Shown here: piece by piece, positions 17,931 to 27,748 of the stretch
Position numbering within the stretch: position 1 is the first letter of the stretch
How the letters are laid out: every line of letters begins with the position of its first letter
Origin: Candidatus Nomurabacteria bacterium
GTDB lineage: Bacteria; Patescibacteriota; Minisyncoccia; Phycocordibacterales; UBA10002
Direction: 5' to 3'
Length of the DNA: 64,000 nt
Assembly (NCBI GenBank): GCA_943354745.1
Contig: CALRDB010000001.1
Location: 203 to 64,202 of the forward strand
Made by a program: the position numbers and the translations under genes
The notes under the pieces: model-generated
The model's database searches: none
What the model was told of the DNA's origin: nothing
What the model saw: the letters and a program-made list of their open reading frames with translations, nothing else

Positions 17931-19405
17931 GCGCGCCTGCGAAGATACGGGATCTTATACGGACACGGCCGGAAGTACTCGCGCTTTTCGGTGTCCTCTT
18001 GTTCATGAATGTATACGCCTTTTCCGGTCTCAAAGAGCGGCCGGAGTATTGGTACGATGAAGGACTTAATGTCGAACTTTCCCGGAGTGTCGCAGAGTTC
18101 GGCATTCCGGATATCGTCATCGCGCCCGATACGCTTTCGGAAAGCGGCGCGAGGATCGGATCGACCGGCTACCCAATCACCGTTCTGCTCGGAGGGGTAT
18201 TCAAAATCTTCGGTGTCGGGGTGGTGCAAGCCCGGCTGTGCATGTTGCTGTGGATGAACGCCCTGGTTATTTCACTTTTTTTTGCGATTCGGAAACGGTG
18301 GGGGAGTCAGGAGGCTATTGGTACCCTGCTTCTCTGTACCACCTTCGCTCCTTTTTACGGGAACGGTCTTACGGTCATGGGAGAAATTCCCGGTCTTTTC
18401 TTTCTCCTTTGGTCGTTTTATTTTTTTGAACAAAAGACCTATTGGAAATCCGGACTGTTGCTCGGCCTCTCGGTTGTTTCGAAGCCGTCGGTCTATCTCT
18501 TTTTTATTCCCGCGTTCACGGTCGCGCTCCTGTTCGGGAAAGAAACCGGGCGCGAAAAGTTGAAAAATCTCTGTAAACTCGGCGTTACTTCAATCGCCGC
18601 CCTTGTTCCTTGGGTGCTAATTTACCGTGACTCAGTCAGCCGTGTTTCTTTCTGGGAGGGGTTATTCTCGCACTTCAAAAATCCATACGGGGATTTCGGA
18701 TTCTCGGTCTGGGGAAATATTCAGAACAATCTCGGAGGATTCTTCCATTCGTCCACGCTTATCTATTTTTCCTTACTCACGCTCGCTGTACTCTGCGCGC
18801 TTGCCGCAGAGCGCTCGCTCGCGCGTGAACACCGAACACTTCTCGTTGTCGCGCTTGTATACCTTCCCCTTTCATTTTTTCAGTATCTGAAAAGTCTCGG
18901 ATATCTTCGCTATCTTATCGCCACAGAATTTTTACTTTTCCTTCTGTTCGTTTTAGTGCTACCGACACTTACCCGGTTTGCACTGAACTACGTCCCCTTT
19001 TTATCTGTCAGGGTTTCCCGTGCCGCGGGCGCCGTTCTCACAGTCCTCATACTCTTTCAGGCCGTTCATCTGTTTTGGTTTTCCGACCTGTACTCCGGCA
19101 GGAGCGCGGAAATGACCGTGGCATACATACAGCTTGTCTATCCTGAAGGTGTAATCGGCATTATCAATGCGCCACAGGTGGGGAGTCTTATCTCACCGCA
19201 CCGGAAGTACCAGTATCTATCAACCTTCGGTCTCACGAAGTTCGGAGTGAATCCTGTCTTTCTTGCGCCTGAGAAAATGCCCGTCGCTATCGTTACCGAC
19301 GGGAAGAACAATATACTTTCTCTCGAAGAACAGGAGTTGCTCCTAATGCGGTATGCGCCGGACGTAACATTCACCGAAGATTTTTTGGTGTACAAAAAGA
19401 AGTAA
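17927..19405 (+). CDS. Polytopic membrane protein, putative GT-C fold glycosyltransferase (PMT/ArnT-like)
   Basis: It is 492 aa with at least ten predicted transmembrane helices and lies next to GtrB-like synthases. Confidence 0.5.
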   Translation: MSAPAKIRDLIRTRPEVLALFGVLLFMNVYAFSGLKERPEYWYDEGLNVELSRSVAEFGIPDIVIAPDTLSESGARIGSTGYPITVLLGGVFKIFGVGVVQARLCMLLWMNALVISLFFAIRKRWGSQEAIGTLLLCTTFAPFYGNGLTVMGEIPGLFFLLWSFYFFEQKTYWKSGLLLGLSVVSKPSVYLFFIPAFTVALLFGKETGREKLKNLCKLGVTSIAALVPWVLIYRDSVSRVSFWEGLFSHFKNPYGDFGFSVWGNIQNNLGGFFHSSTLIYFSLLTLAVLCALAAERSLAREHRTLLVVALVYLPLSFFQYLKSLGYLRYLIATEFLLFLLFVLVLPTLTRFALNYVPFLSVRVSRAAGAVLTVLILFQAVHLFWFSDLYSGRSAEMTVAYIQLVYPEGVIGIINAPQVGSLISPHRKYQYLSTFGLTKFGVNPVFLAPEKMPVAIVTDGKNNILSLEEQELLLMRYAPDVTFTEDFLVYKKK

Positions 19406-19417
19406 TGTAATTAAAAA

Positions 19418-19448
19418 AGTAGCCGCCACTCTCGAGGAGTTGGCGGCT
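19418..19448. terminator. Bidirectional terminator hairpin between convergent genes
   Basis: AGCCGCCACTC-TCGAG-GAGTTGGCGGCT is flanked by A-runs on the left and a T/G-rich run on the right. Confidence 0.5.
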
Positions 19449-19477
19449 GTGTGTGAAATCGCTGAGCTTGTGTAGGG

Positions 19478-20137
19478 CTACCTTGTGTCCCTCTGTCTGA
19501 GGTACGCAAGTGCTTCTGCGTACGACACCAATGGCACGGGGGTGCCCGTTGTCATGTACTTTTCGATACTCTCGAGCTCCAGACCTGGGATGTCACTCCG
19601 GTCTTTAAATCTCCGTGTCTGTGAATGCTCCACGTCTGCTTCATACAGTGGCAGACGGGTTCCAACCTGGGCGAACACCTGTAGGTCTGCTCCAAGCTTG
19701 ATTATTGCGGTGATTATGGAGAGCACACACCTTACTAGGTGAAACTCAGGCGCAAGAACAATGAGTCCCTTCCAGCTTCTTTTTTGCGCGAGTTCAACCA
19801 TTGAGAACGCTTCAGTAAGCGTGGTTAGTAATTGACCGTCGAAAGGAACGAGGGAGATATGCTCCCGTTCTACACGAAGATCTTTAAGTACTCGAATCCA
19901 GGCTTCCGCTCCGGGATAGCCAGGACGGCTCGGGCCTTGGTTATCGATGATGCAGATCGTGGATGTGGCACACACTGTGAGAAACTCGGCTGCCCTGGTA
20001 AGGGAAGAACGTTGGTTATCGGGAGTCTCGGTGGGAAGGAAGAGGGGAAGTGAGTCCCCTCTTGGTACAACATCGGTGAGCACAATGGTCGTGAAGCGCT
20101 GCCGCTGCCTTTCTTTTTCGGTTGTAAAATCTGCCAC
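19478..20137 (-). CDS. DUF218 (YdcF/ElyC/SanA-like) domain protein
   Basis: It has DUF218-like motifs EREHISLVPFDGQLLTTLTEA and LIVLAPEFHLVRCV and starts at GTG. Confidence 0.45.
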   Translation of the reverse strand: MADFTTEKERQRQRFTTIVLTDVVPRGDSLPLFLPTETPDNQRSSLTRAAEFLTVCATSTICIIDNQGPSRPGYPGAEAWIRVLKDLRVEREHISLVPFDGQLLTTLTEAFSMVELAQKRSWKGLIVLAPEFHLVRCVLSIITAIIKLGADLQVFAQVGTRLPLYEADVEHSQTRRFKDRSDIPGLELESIEKYMTTGTPVPLVSYAEALAYLRQRDTR

Positions 20138-20271
20138 AATGCACCTTTCGGTAAATTGTTTGGTTGGACAACAAAGAATATTCCCACGTCTCCGCAGGCT
20201 TTGCTCAGCTGTTTTTTGAGAAGGAACAGCTCGTATTATATAAGCATATTTATTTCACTATGTCAATTAAT

Positions 20272-21645
20272 TCAGTCCGTCTTTTCTGCTTTGTTTAACA
20301 AAACTTTCGCTTTGCTGCCAATCCCATAAGCACCATATACCGCAAAGATAAGAATAAGAGCGTCCACAGGCATCCTGAATCGTGCATTAACTGCAAGACC
20401 CACTGCTATCGTCGTCAGTGCGAAATAGGCGATAAGGAGAGAGATGAAGATACCTCTGGTCCTATACTCTGGTATCTTGATATACCTAAATGCACCATAA
20501 AAGAAGCACAGCGAAATGAGTATCCATGCGATTCTTCCAAAGATCACAAAGAGTATCGGACTTGTAAGGAGTGGGACGATGAAATTGAGCGTTTTTACTG
20601 GAGATTCTAAGAAGAGGGTAAGTGCTGGACGATCCATTTGGAGAGAGGGAGAAATTTTCAATTGCTGTAAAACATCCATATAGCCGTCATGTGAAAAGAA
20701 AGTCAGAAATGTTGTGATAACGGATTTCAGTATACCCATTGGATGTTCCCTAATTATCGGGAAAATGCGCTTTTTGTATTCCTCGGCATTTGTTAGGGTA
20801 ATGTCCTCTACACTTGTGATGTTACCTTCGCCTATGTAGAACTCACGTTTGGCTTGTTCGAACCCGATGTGCTTTTCCGCCGCGAGTACCGAAGGTATAA
20901 GATATCCAAAAGGGACACTCGCATATTGGACTGATAATGACGGATTCCCAAAACGTATGAGGTTTCGAATGCACCACGGTGCAATTATAAGGAAAAAGAT
21001 TCCTCCCATGATTAACGAATGAAGACCGGCCTGCCGTGATCTTTTCAAAAGTAGGAACACTATACCGATAAGTAAAAAAGGTAGAAACTGAATAGTTGGT
21101 CGCGTAAGAGTCGCAAATGCGAAGAAACCAGTCGCATAAGCAAGGGTAGCCATCTTTTGTTCTTGTATGTAGTCTAAGAAAAAGGTAACTCCCGCAAGGA
21201 GGAGGACCGTAAATAGTGTTTCACTAATCAGTATTGTCGCCAGCAAGATATTGAGTGGTTCGAATGCGAGTAGAAGAGCAATGCTATTTGCAGTTCGTTT
21301 CCATGCAGGCAACAGTTGAAGTGAAATACGATAGGCGAGTAGTGGGATAAGACCGCCAAGGATAATCTGCGCAAAGAGGGCGATGTAGTAGTTTTTGAAA
21401 ATAAGGACAAACGCTGCTAAGAAAAGCGGATAAAAAGGGGTCCGTACGGATCCTGGAATAAAAGGTGGTTGTACTGCGTGTGAGAACCCGTTACCTAACA
21501 ATAAATTTTCTGCGATCTCATAATATCCATCAAGATGGGGAATAGGCATGACAGACTTCTGGTCTGACTGCATAAGTAATACATAAAAAAAGAGCAACCG
21601 TGCTAGAACGGCAAGAGAAAAAAACAACCACATTTTACGGGACAT
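20272..21645 (-). CDS. Polytopic membrane protein, putative GT-C glycosyltransferase (GT39/GT83 PMT/ArnT-like)
   Basis: It is 457 aa with about twelve transmembrane helices and an N-terminal loop after the first helix typical of the GT-C family. Confidence 0.55.
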   Translation of the reverse strand: MSRKMWLFFSLAVLARLLFFYVLLMQSDQKSVMPIPHLDGYYEIAENLLLGNGFSHAVQPPFIPGSVRTPFYPLFLAAFVLIFKNYYIALFAQIILGGLIPLLAYRISLQLLPAWKRTANSIALLLAFEPLNILLATILISETLFTVLLLAGVTFFLDYIQEQKMATLAYATGFFAFATLTRPTIQFLPFLLIGIVFLLLKRSRQAGLHSLIMGGIFFLIIAPWCIRNLIRFGNPSLSVQYASVPFGYLIPSVLAAEKHIGFEQAKREFYIGEGNITSVEDITLTNAEEYKKRIFPIIREHPMGILKSVITTFLTFFSHDGYMDVLQQLKISPSLQMDRPALTLFLESPVKTLNFIVPLLTSPILFVIFGRIAWILISLCFFYGAFRYIKIPEYRTRGIFISLLIAYFALTTIAVGLAVNARFRMPVDALILIFAVYGAYGIGSKAKVLLNKAEKTD

Positions 21646-21686
21646 AATATGTTTACTTTTATTTTAAGAGACACTATAATCACTCA

Positions 21687-22457
21687 ATGTCATTTTTTGG
21701 CGGAAAACCGAAGATCATAGGAATGATTCCTGCGTACAACTGCGCGCATCTCCTTAAGAAGGCGTATGAGCAAGTCCCGAAAGAATACTTTGATGATATC
21801 ATTGTGGTTGATGATGGGTCAACGGACGAAACACTCACTGTCGCTAAAACTCTCGGTGTAAAAGTGTTTACACATCCGCACGCAGGCTATGGGGGGAATA
21901 TTAAGTATGCTATCAAGCAAGCTCTCTCACTCGGAGCAGAGTATATGATTGAGATTCACGGAGACGGGCAGTATGACCCTGCCAACATCCCGGAGGCCAT
22001 AAAAAAGATACACACAGGTAACTACGATTTTCTTCTTGGTTCCCGTTTTACCTCACTCCTTCAGCCACTTCGCGACAGGATGTCACTTGTTCGGTATGTA
22101 GCAAATCTAGGCATGAGTTTTATTGATCGTCTGGTGTTACGTCTTCCACTTTCCGAGTTTCATCAAGGATTTCGTGTTTACTCGAGGAATCTTATCGAGT
22201 CAGTCGGTCTCGATCACACCAGCGATGATCATCTGTTCAGCTTTCAGATTATCGCGAAAGCCGCATTTGCACGAATGCGAGTGGGGGAGATATCTGTTAG
22301 GTGTAACTACGCCGAGGAACATACGTCTATAAATCTACGACGATCAGTTGTGTACGCAATACTTACCTTTGGCGTTCTTCTGCAGTACATTCTTGCTATG
22401 GTTGGATTTCACTCGCTGCTTTTTCGGAAAGAGAGCAAGAATCGCATCACTGCATAG
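21687..22457 (+). CDS. GT2 glycosyltransferase (dolichol-phosphate-mannose/glucose synthase-like)
   Basis: It has a GT2 signature (IPAYNCAHLLKK...IIVVDDGSTDETL) and a C-terminal hydrophobic helix. Confidence 0.7.
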   Translation: MSFFGGKPKIIGMIPAYNCAHLLKKAYEQVPKEYFDDIIVVDDGSTDETLTVAKTLGVKVFTHPHAGYGGNIKYAIKQALSLGAEYMIEIHGDGQYDPANIPEAIKKIHTGNYDFLLGSRFTSLLQPLRDRMSLVRYVANLGMSFIDRLVLRLPLSEFHQGFRVYSRNLIESVGLDHTSDDHLFSFQIIAKAAFARMRVGEISVRCNYAEEHTSINLRRSVVYAILTFGVLLQYILAMVGFHSLLFRKESKNRITA

Positions 22458-22460
22458 TGT

Positions 22461-23714
22461 ATGAGAATCAAAAGTAGTCACATAACACACCGATCAACGT
22501 GTAGAATTTGCGGAGGCATGAAACTTTCTCGAATTCTTTCGCTCGGTCCGACACCGCTTGCAAACGCGTTTCTCCTCGAACATGAGCGGCACCTTCCTGA
22601 ATCGTATTTCCCTCTTGATGTGTACGTGTGTAAAGCATGCAGTCTTGTGCAACTTATCGATGTTGTTGACCCACGTATTTTGTTTAAGGATTATGTGTAC
22701 GTGTCCTCGACGTCTCCCGTCTTTGTAGCGCATTTCGATACGTTTGCTCGACAGGTCTTTGATAGATTCCATCTCTCAGCACGTTCGCTCGTTATTGATA
22801 TCGGCTCAAATGACGGCATACTCCTCAGGCCCTTTAAACAACTTGGTGCTCGTGTACTCGGAGTAGAACCGGATCGTTCGATTGGAACGATAGCGCGGAA
22901 AGCGGGAGTAACAACCATCTCCGAATTTTTCAGTCTTATTGTCGCAAGGAAAATTCTGAAGAAGTATGGTGAAGCTTCTATTGTTACGGCAACCAATGTC
23001 TTTGCGCATGTTGATGACATTCACGGTTTGGTGAAAGGTGTCAAGCATCTCTTAACGAAAAATGGTGTATTTATCATAGAAGTGCCGTATCTGGTGGATT
23101 TTCTTGAGAAGAACCTTTTTGACACGGTCTATCACGAGCATCTGTCCTATTTTAGTGTGACCGCACTACACTATTTTTTTGAGCAGTTGGGGATGGCTAT
23201 CATTGATGTAGAGCGAGTCGCAACTCACGGCGGATCGCTTCGTGTCTTTATTGCTCGAGCAGGATCAACCCACAAGAAAGAATCTTCGGTACAGTCGTTT
23301 CTCACGAGCGAAAAAAAGATAGGACTACAAGAGGAAAAAATATACCACGAATATAAAAAGAAAATTGAGCGAAATAAGGTTACACTACATACGTTACTTT
23401 CGAAGTTAAAAGAGAAAGGTAACAGTATTGCGGGATATGGGGCTCCGGCGAAAGGGAATACGTTACTCAACTTTTTTGGAGTAGGGGATGAACTACTCAG
23501 TTATATCGTAGATGATAGCCATCATAAACAAGGGCGATATACTCCTGGGAAGCGAATACCGGTTGTATCGAGTGAAAAACTGAAGACACATCCCCCTGAC
23601 TACCTCCTTATTATTGCGTGGAACTTTGCAGAGTCAATAATGAAGAAAAACGAAGAGTTCAGAAGGCATGGCGGGAAGTTTATAATACCCGTTCCTTCGC
23701 CCAAAATTATATGA
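22461..23714 (+). CDS. NDP-hexose C-methyltransferase family (TylCIII/TcaB9-like)
   Basis: It has an N-terminal Cys zinc ribbon (CRICGG...LGPTPLANAF), a SAM fold (VIDIGSNDGILL) and the diagnostic YHEHLSYFS motif. Confidence 0.65.
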   Translation: MRIKSSHITHRSTCRICGGMKLSRILSLGPTPLANAFLLEHERHLPESYFPLDVYVCKACSLVQLIDVVDPRILFKDYVYVSSTSPVFVAHFDTFARQVFDRFHLSARSLVIDIGSNDGILLRPFKQLGARVLGVEPDRSIGTIARKAGVTTISEFFSLIVARKILKKYGEASIVTATNVFAHVDDIHGLVKGVKHLLTKNGVFIIEVPYLVDFLEKNLFDTVYHEHLSYFSVTALHYFFEQLGMAIIDVERVATHGGSLRVFIARAGSTHKKESSVQSFLTSEKKIGLQEEKIYHEYKKKIERNKVTLHTLLSKLKEKGNSIAGYGAPAKGNTLLNFFGVGDELLSYIVDDSHHKQGRYTPGKRIPVVSSEKLKTHPPDYLLIIAWNFAESIMKKNEEFRRHGGKFIIPVPSPKII

Positions 23715-23819
23715 TATGTTTGTCCCAAACGTTACTTTTTGTTATAGACGCAAGGGAAAATAGCTAGGCGGGAAAAGCGAATAAACGGAAAAGTACATGA
23801 TACTGTTTACAGTAACCAT

Positions 23820-24896
23820 ATGAAATCAACCATTATTCAGGAAGATATCGAGACCATCGCGCAATCGCTTGGGCGTGAGATTCGGGCGTTGGAGGGTAAG
23901 ACCATACTTATTTCAGGGAGTTCAGGATTTCTTGGTAGCTATTTTTCCGTTCTGCTCCAATATCTTAATAAGACAGTATTTAAGAAACCGTGTTCTGTTA
24001 TTGCCTTGGATAATCAAATCACAGGCATTTTGGCTAATGCGCTTGGAGATATAACCGACAAGCATTTTTCAATCAAAAAATTTGACATCTGCACCCCGAT
24101 TTCAATTCAAGGTCCTATTGACTATATTATCCATTTGGCAGGGATTGCGTCGCCTGTCTACTATATGAAATTTCCACTGGAAACAATAAAGACCGCAACT
24201 ATAGGCACGCAAAATCTTCTCGAGTTGGCTAGACTCAAGAAAGTAAAGAAATTTCTCTTTTTTAGTTCAAGCGAAATTTACGGCGATCCAACGCCGGATG
24301 CCGTGCCAACTAAGGAAAGCTATAAAGGTAATGTTTCTTCAATCGGTCCGAGAGCGTGTTATGACGAATCTAAACGTCTTGGTGAGACCTTTTGCACGGT
24401 GTATCACACTTTATACAACGTACCGTCTCAAATCGTTCGGCCATTTAATGTGTATGGACCAGGTATGAAGGCTGACGATCGGCGTGTAATTCCACAATTT
24501 CTATCCTGTGCTTTTGACGGAAAACCGCTTCCTGTTCACGGTAATGGACTGCACACTAGAAGTTACTGCTATATAACTGATGCTATCGTCGGGTTTCTTA
24601 AGGTGCTCCTTTCGAAAGACAGTGGTGAAGTCTACAATATTGGCAATCATAAAAGTGAAACAGATCTGGTCAGTTTGGCGAAGCTGGTAATCGAACTTAC
24701 CAAACAACCGGTTACTATCGCTAAAATACCGTATCCTCCCGAGTACCCCGCGGATGAACCAAGTCGTCGTTGTCCAAATATCGGAAAAGCAATGCGGAAT
24801 TTGGCGTTTGTACCAAAAGTAAATCTCCGCACGGGCCTCAAACGAGTAATTGCTTGTCGAGTGATGCCACATGCTCCGTTACTTCCGAAGAAATAA
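23820..24896 (+). CDS. UDP-glucuronate decarboxylase (UDP-xylose synthase/ArnA-decarboxylase family)
   Basis: It has ILISGSSGFLGS, GPRACYDESKRLGETFC, VRPFNVYGPGM and RVIPQF, which closely match UXS motifs. Confidence 0.7.
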   Translation: MKSTIIQEDIETIAQSLGREIRALEGKTILISGSSGFLGSYFSVLLQYLNKTVFKKPCSVIALDNQITGILANALGDITDKHFSIKKFDICTPISIQGPIDYIIHLAGIASPVYYMKFPLETIKTATIGTQNLLELARLKKVKKFLFFSSSEIYGDPTPDAVPTKESYKGNVSSIGPRACYDESKRLGETFCTVYHTLYNVPSQIVRPFNVYGPGMKADDRRVIPQFLSCAFDGKPLPVHGNGLHTRSYCYITDAIVGFLKVLLSKDSGEVYNIGNHKSETDLVSLAKLVIELTKQPVTIAKIPYPPEYPADEPSRRCPNIGKAMRNLAFVPKVNLRTGLKRVIACRVMPHAPLLPKK

Positions 24897-24967
24897 AACA
24901 TAAATACCAAGTTCTTGTATCTAATTACTCTTAGTTTACTTCTAGTTTTCCACACACTTTTTGTTAT

Positions 24968-25708
24968 ATGGGAAAATGGCCCAAATACATTCCTCCTCTC
25001 ACTGCAGAGCAGAAAGAGATTAGTAATGACTTCATGAAATATTGGCATGAAGTCCTTCCTAGTAGATTTGGGATTATAGAAAAGTTTAATCAAGGCTTTC
25101 CCGTGTGGAATACCAAAAATTTCACGACAACATTAGAAATTGGAGGCGGACTAGGAGAACACCTCTTGTACGAGAAACTTTCTCCTTTACAAGAGCAAAA
25201 TTATTATGCTATGGATATTCGGGAAAACATGGCAACAGAGATTCGACGTCGGTTTCCCTTGGTAAAGACTATTGTCGGAGATTGTCAGAAAAAGCAAGAT
25301 TTTCCTGATAAATTTTTTGATCGAATACTCGCCATTCATGTCTTGGAACATCTTCCAGACCTTCCTCAATGTTTGAAAGAAATGCACCGACTACTGTGTA
25401 AGGACGGTACGTTTCTTGTGGTAATTCCAACAGAGGGAAGTCTGGCATACTCTCTTGCGCGTAAGGTTTCTGCCGAGCGTATTTATCGTAAACGGTACAA
25501 AGGAACTAACTATCCTGCCTATACGTGGTTTTATACCAGGGAGCACATAAACTTCCCCTCAGAGATCTTTAAAGAGTTGGCTTTATATTTTGAAATTGAA
25601 AAATCATCATACTTTCCGTTTCGGGTCCCGTTGTTGTTTTGCAATTTAGCGGTAGGTCTTGTGCTTAAACCGAAAGTAATAAAAGAAGATGAGATGGTTG
25701 ACAAATAA
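24968..25708 (+). CDS. Class I SAM-dependent methyltransferase
   Basis: It has LEIGGGLGEH and HVLEHLPD motifs. The start is uncertain because the ATG lies inside a TGTTATATG box; MKYWHEV is an alternative start. Confidence 0.6.
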   Translation: MGKWPKYIPPLTAEQKEISNDFMKYWHEVLPSRFGIIEKFNQGFPVWNTKNFTTTLEIGGGLGEHLLYEKLSPLQEQNYYAMDIRENMATEIRRRFPLVKTIVGDCQKKQDFPDKFFDRILAIHVLEHLPDLPQCLKEMHRLLCKDGTFLVVIPTEGSLAYSLARKVSAERIYRKRYKGTNYPAYTWFYTREHINFPSEIFKELALYFEIEKSSYFPFRVPLLFCNLAVGLVLKPKVIKEDEMVDK

Positions 25709-25760
25709 TCTCTTAATGGTTCAGTTTGATTTGTCTGACAAAAAAGGTTAAAATCGCAAC

Positions 25761-26687
25761 ATGATTTCCGTAGTATTCCCAGCCTATAATGAAGAAAAAA
25801 ATTTAGCTGAATTACATCGGCGGTTGCTTGTGGTACTTAAAGCCATGAACGAACCCTTTGAAATTATAGCAGTCAATAACGCTTCGACTGATGGAACGCT
25901 TTCGGAGCTAAAAAAATTATCGCCTGTTAAGATCATTACGATTGCGTATAATATTGGTCAAACGGCAGGTCTTGATGCAGGGATTCATGATGCAGAAGGG
26001 GAGGTGATTATTACCTTAGACGCTGATCTTCAGAATGACCCCGCTGATATTCCTTTGCTTGTTGCAAAAATAAGGGATGGGTATGATGTTGTGTCAGGGT
26101 GGCGACAAGACCGACAAGATTCAATGGGTCGACGTATACTCTCGCGCCTCGCAAATTGGCTTACGTCTCGTGTAACGGGATTATACCTGCATGACTCCGC
26201 TTGTGCATTGAAGGCTTACCGAAAGGAAATGATTTCACCAATTCATCTTTACGGTGAAATGCATGTCTTCTTGCCGGCTCTGCTTTTTATGCGTGGGGCG
26301 AAAGTAGCTGAAGTTCCTGTACGTCATCATGCAAGGAAGTTTGGCATATCCAAACATTATTTCTTTAAGGCAGTCAAAGATATCTTTGATTTATTAACTA
26401 TTAAATTTTTGAGTGGATTGTCCGGTCGTCCTTTGGTTTTTTTTGGCGGGATTGGAGTCGTATCGGCACTTCTCGGATGTCTTTCAGCTATCGTTGCGAT
26501 CTATCTTAGATTGGCCGGCATCTTGCATCTTGGTCAAACACCCCTCCCCATTTTTGCCGTCTTTCTTGTTTTGGCTGGTATCTTGTTCTTTATGATGGGT
26601 TTCCTTGCGGAGCTCATGCTTCGAGTATATTTTGAGACAAATCAAAAAACTCCTTATACTATCTCTGAACGTATTGAGATAAAGTGA
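25761..26687 (+). CDS. GT2 polyprenol-phosphate glycosyltransferase (GtrB/ArnC-like)
   Basis: It has VVFPAYNEEKN, LDADLQNDP and two C-terminal transmembrane helices. Confidence 0.75.
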   Translation: MISVVFPAYNEEKNLAELHRRLLVVLKAMNEPFEIIAVNNASTDGTLSELKKLSPVKIITIAYNIGQTAGLDAGIHDAEGEVIITLDADLQNDPADIPLLVAKIRDGYDVVSGWRQDRQDSMGRRILSRLANWLTSRVTGLYLHDSACALKAYRKEMISPIHLYGEMHVFLPALLFMRGAKVAEVPVRHHARKFGISKHYFFKAVKDIFDLLTIKFLSGLSGRPLVFFGGIGVVSALLGCLSAIVAIYLRLAGILHLGQTPLPIFAVFLVLAGILFFMMGFLAELMLRVYFETNQKTPYTISERIEIK

Positions 26688-26736
26688 AATTTCTTTGTAG
26701 CTTGCTGTAATCTATTTTTTGTTGTATAAATAGGTC

Positions 26737-27744
26737 ATGATTTTAACCCGAACACCATTTCGTCTGCCACTTGGCGGAGGCTCGACCGATTTACCCGCGT
26801 ACTTCGAAAAGCACGGGGGTTTTATTTTTGCCGTTGCCATTAATCTCTATATGTATATAGGAGTAAATCGTCCTCCAGTAGATGATTTAATTCGTCTAAA
26901 ATATCGGGATAGTGAAGAAGTCTTCAGCATCAATGATCTTAAGCATAGTATTGCCAAAGCAGCGCTTAAACGGACAGGCATTGACCGTATGGTTGAAATT
27001 TCCTCAAAGGCCGATGTTTCTGATGGTACCGGCATGGGCAGTTCGGCAAGTTATCTCATCGGACTTCTTAATGCTCTGCATACCATAAAAGGGGAGAACA
27101 TATCACGAAGACATCTTGCCGAGGAAGCCTATGAGATCGCTACTCACGATCTCGGTCTCCCAGATGGTAAACAAGATTTCTACCTTGCTTCTTTTGGAAA
27201 CTTTTGTGTACTCGACATTGCGCGAAACGGGTCAGTAACCGTCTCAAACGCGAACATTTCAAAGGCAGTCCAGACCGAATTTGAAAAACGTACCCTTCTC
27301 TTTTATACCGGAGTACGCCGATCGAGTACAGAACTTCTTAAGGATCAAGAAAAGAAACTCCGGAATAATAAAAAAGATGCTGTGGAGTTAAAGCATGAGA
27401 CAAAACGTATCGGCAAAACTATTTTAGACGTATTTGAATCAGGAAGACTCAATGAGTTCGGCCGTCTTCTTGATGAGCATTGGAAACTTAAGAGAAAAAT
27501 GTCTGCAAAGATGAGTACCGATAAGTTTGATGCACTCTATGAAAAAGCAAAAAAGGCGGGAGTGCTTGGGGGAAAGATTGTTGGCGCCGGAGGCGGAGGA
27601 TTTTTTATGGTATTTTGCAAAGACGGAAAACAAAACGCGGTCCGGAAAGTTTTTAAGAAGGAAGGAATGCGTGAGGTGTCATTTTCGGTAGATTCTGCAG
27701 GTACGCAGGTGTTGGTTAATAAACCTCGGTCACACACTCTGTAA
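26737..27744 (+). CDS. GHMP-family sugar kinase (D-glycero-D-manno-heptose 7-phosphate kinase HddA-like)
   Basis: It has PFRLPLGGGSTD and a GHMP motif (GTGMGSSASYLIGLLNAL). Confidence 0.65.
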   Translation: MILTRTPFRLPLGGGSTDLPAYFEKHGGFIFAVAINLYMYIGVNRPPVDDLIRLKYRDSEEVFSINDLKHSIAKAALKRTGIDRMVEISSKADVSDGTGMGSSASYLIGLLNALHTIKGENISRRHLAEEAYEIATHDLGLPDGKQDFYLASFGNFCVLDIARNGSVTVSNANISKAVQTEFEKRTLLFYTGVRRSSTELLKDQEKKLRNNKKDAVELKHETKRIGKTILDVFESGRLNEFGRLLDEHWKLKRKMSAKMSTDKFDALYEKAKKAGVLGGKIVGAGGGGFFMVFCKDGKQNAVRKVFKKEGMREVSFSVDSAGTQVLVNKPRSHTL

Positions 27745-27748
27745 TATA

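Noticed and set aside
20138-20271. An inverted repeat CAGCTGTT-N11-AACAGCTC between the two - strand genes as an intrinsic terminator.
   Set aside because: It is not followed by a U-run on the relevant (-) strand, so it is more likely part of the promoter or operator region for the DUF218 gene.
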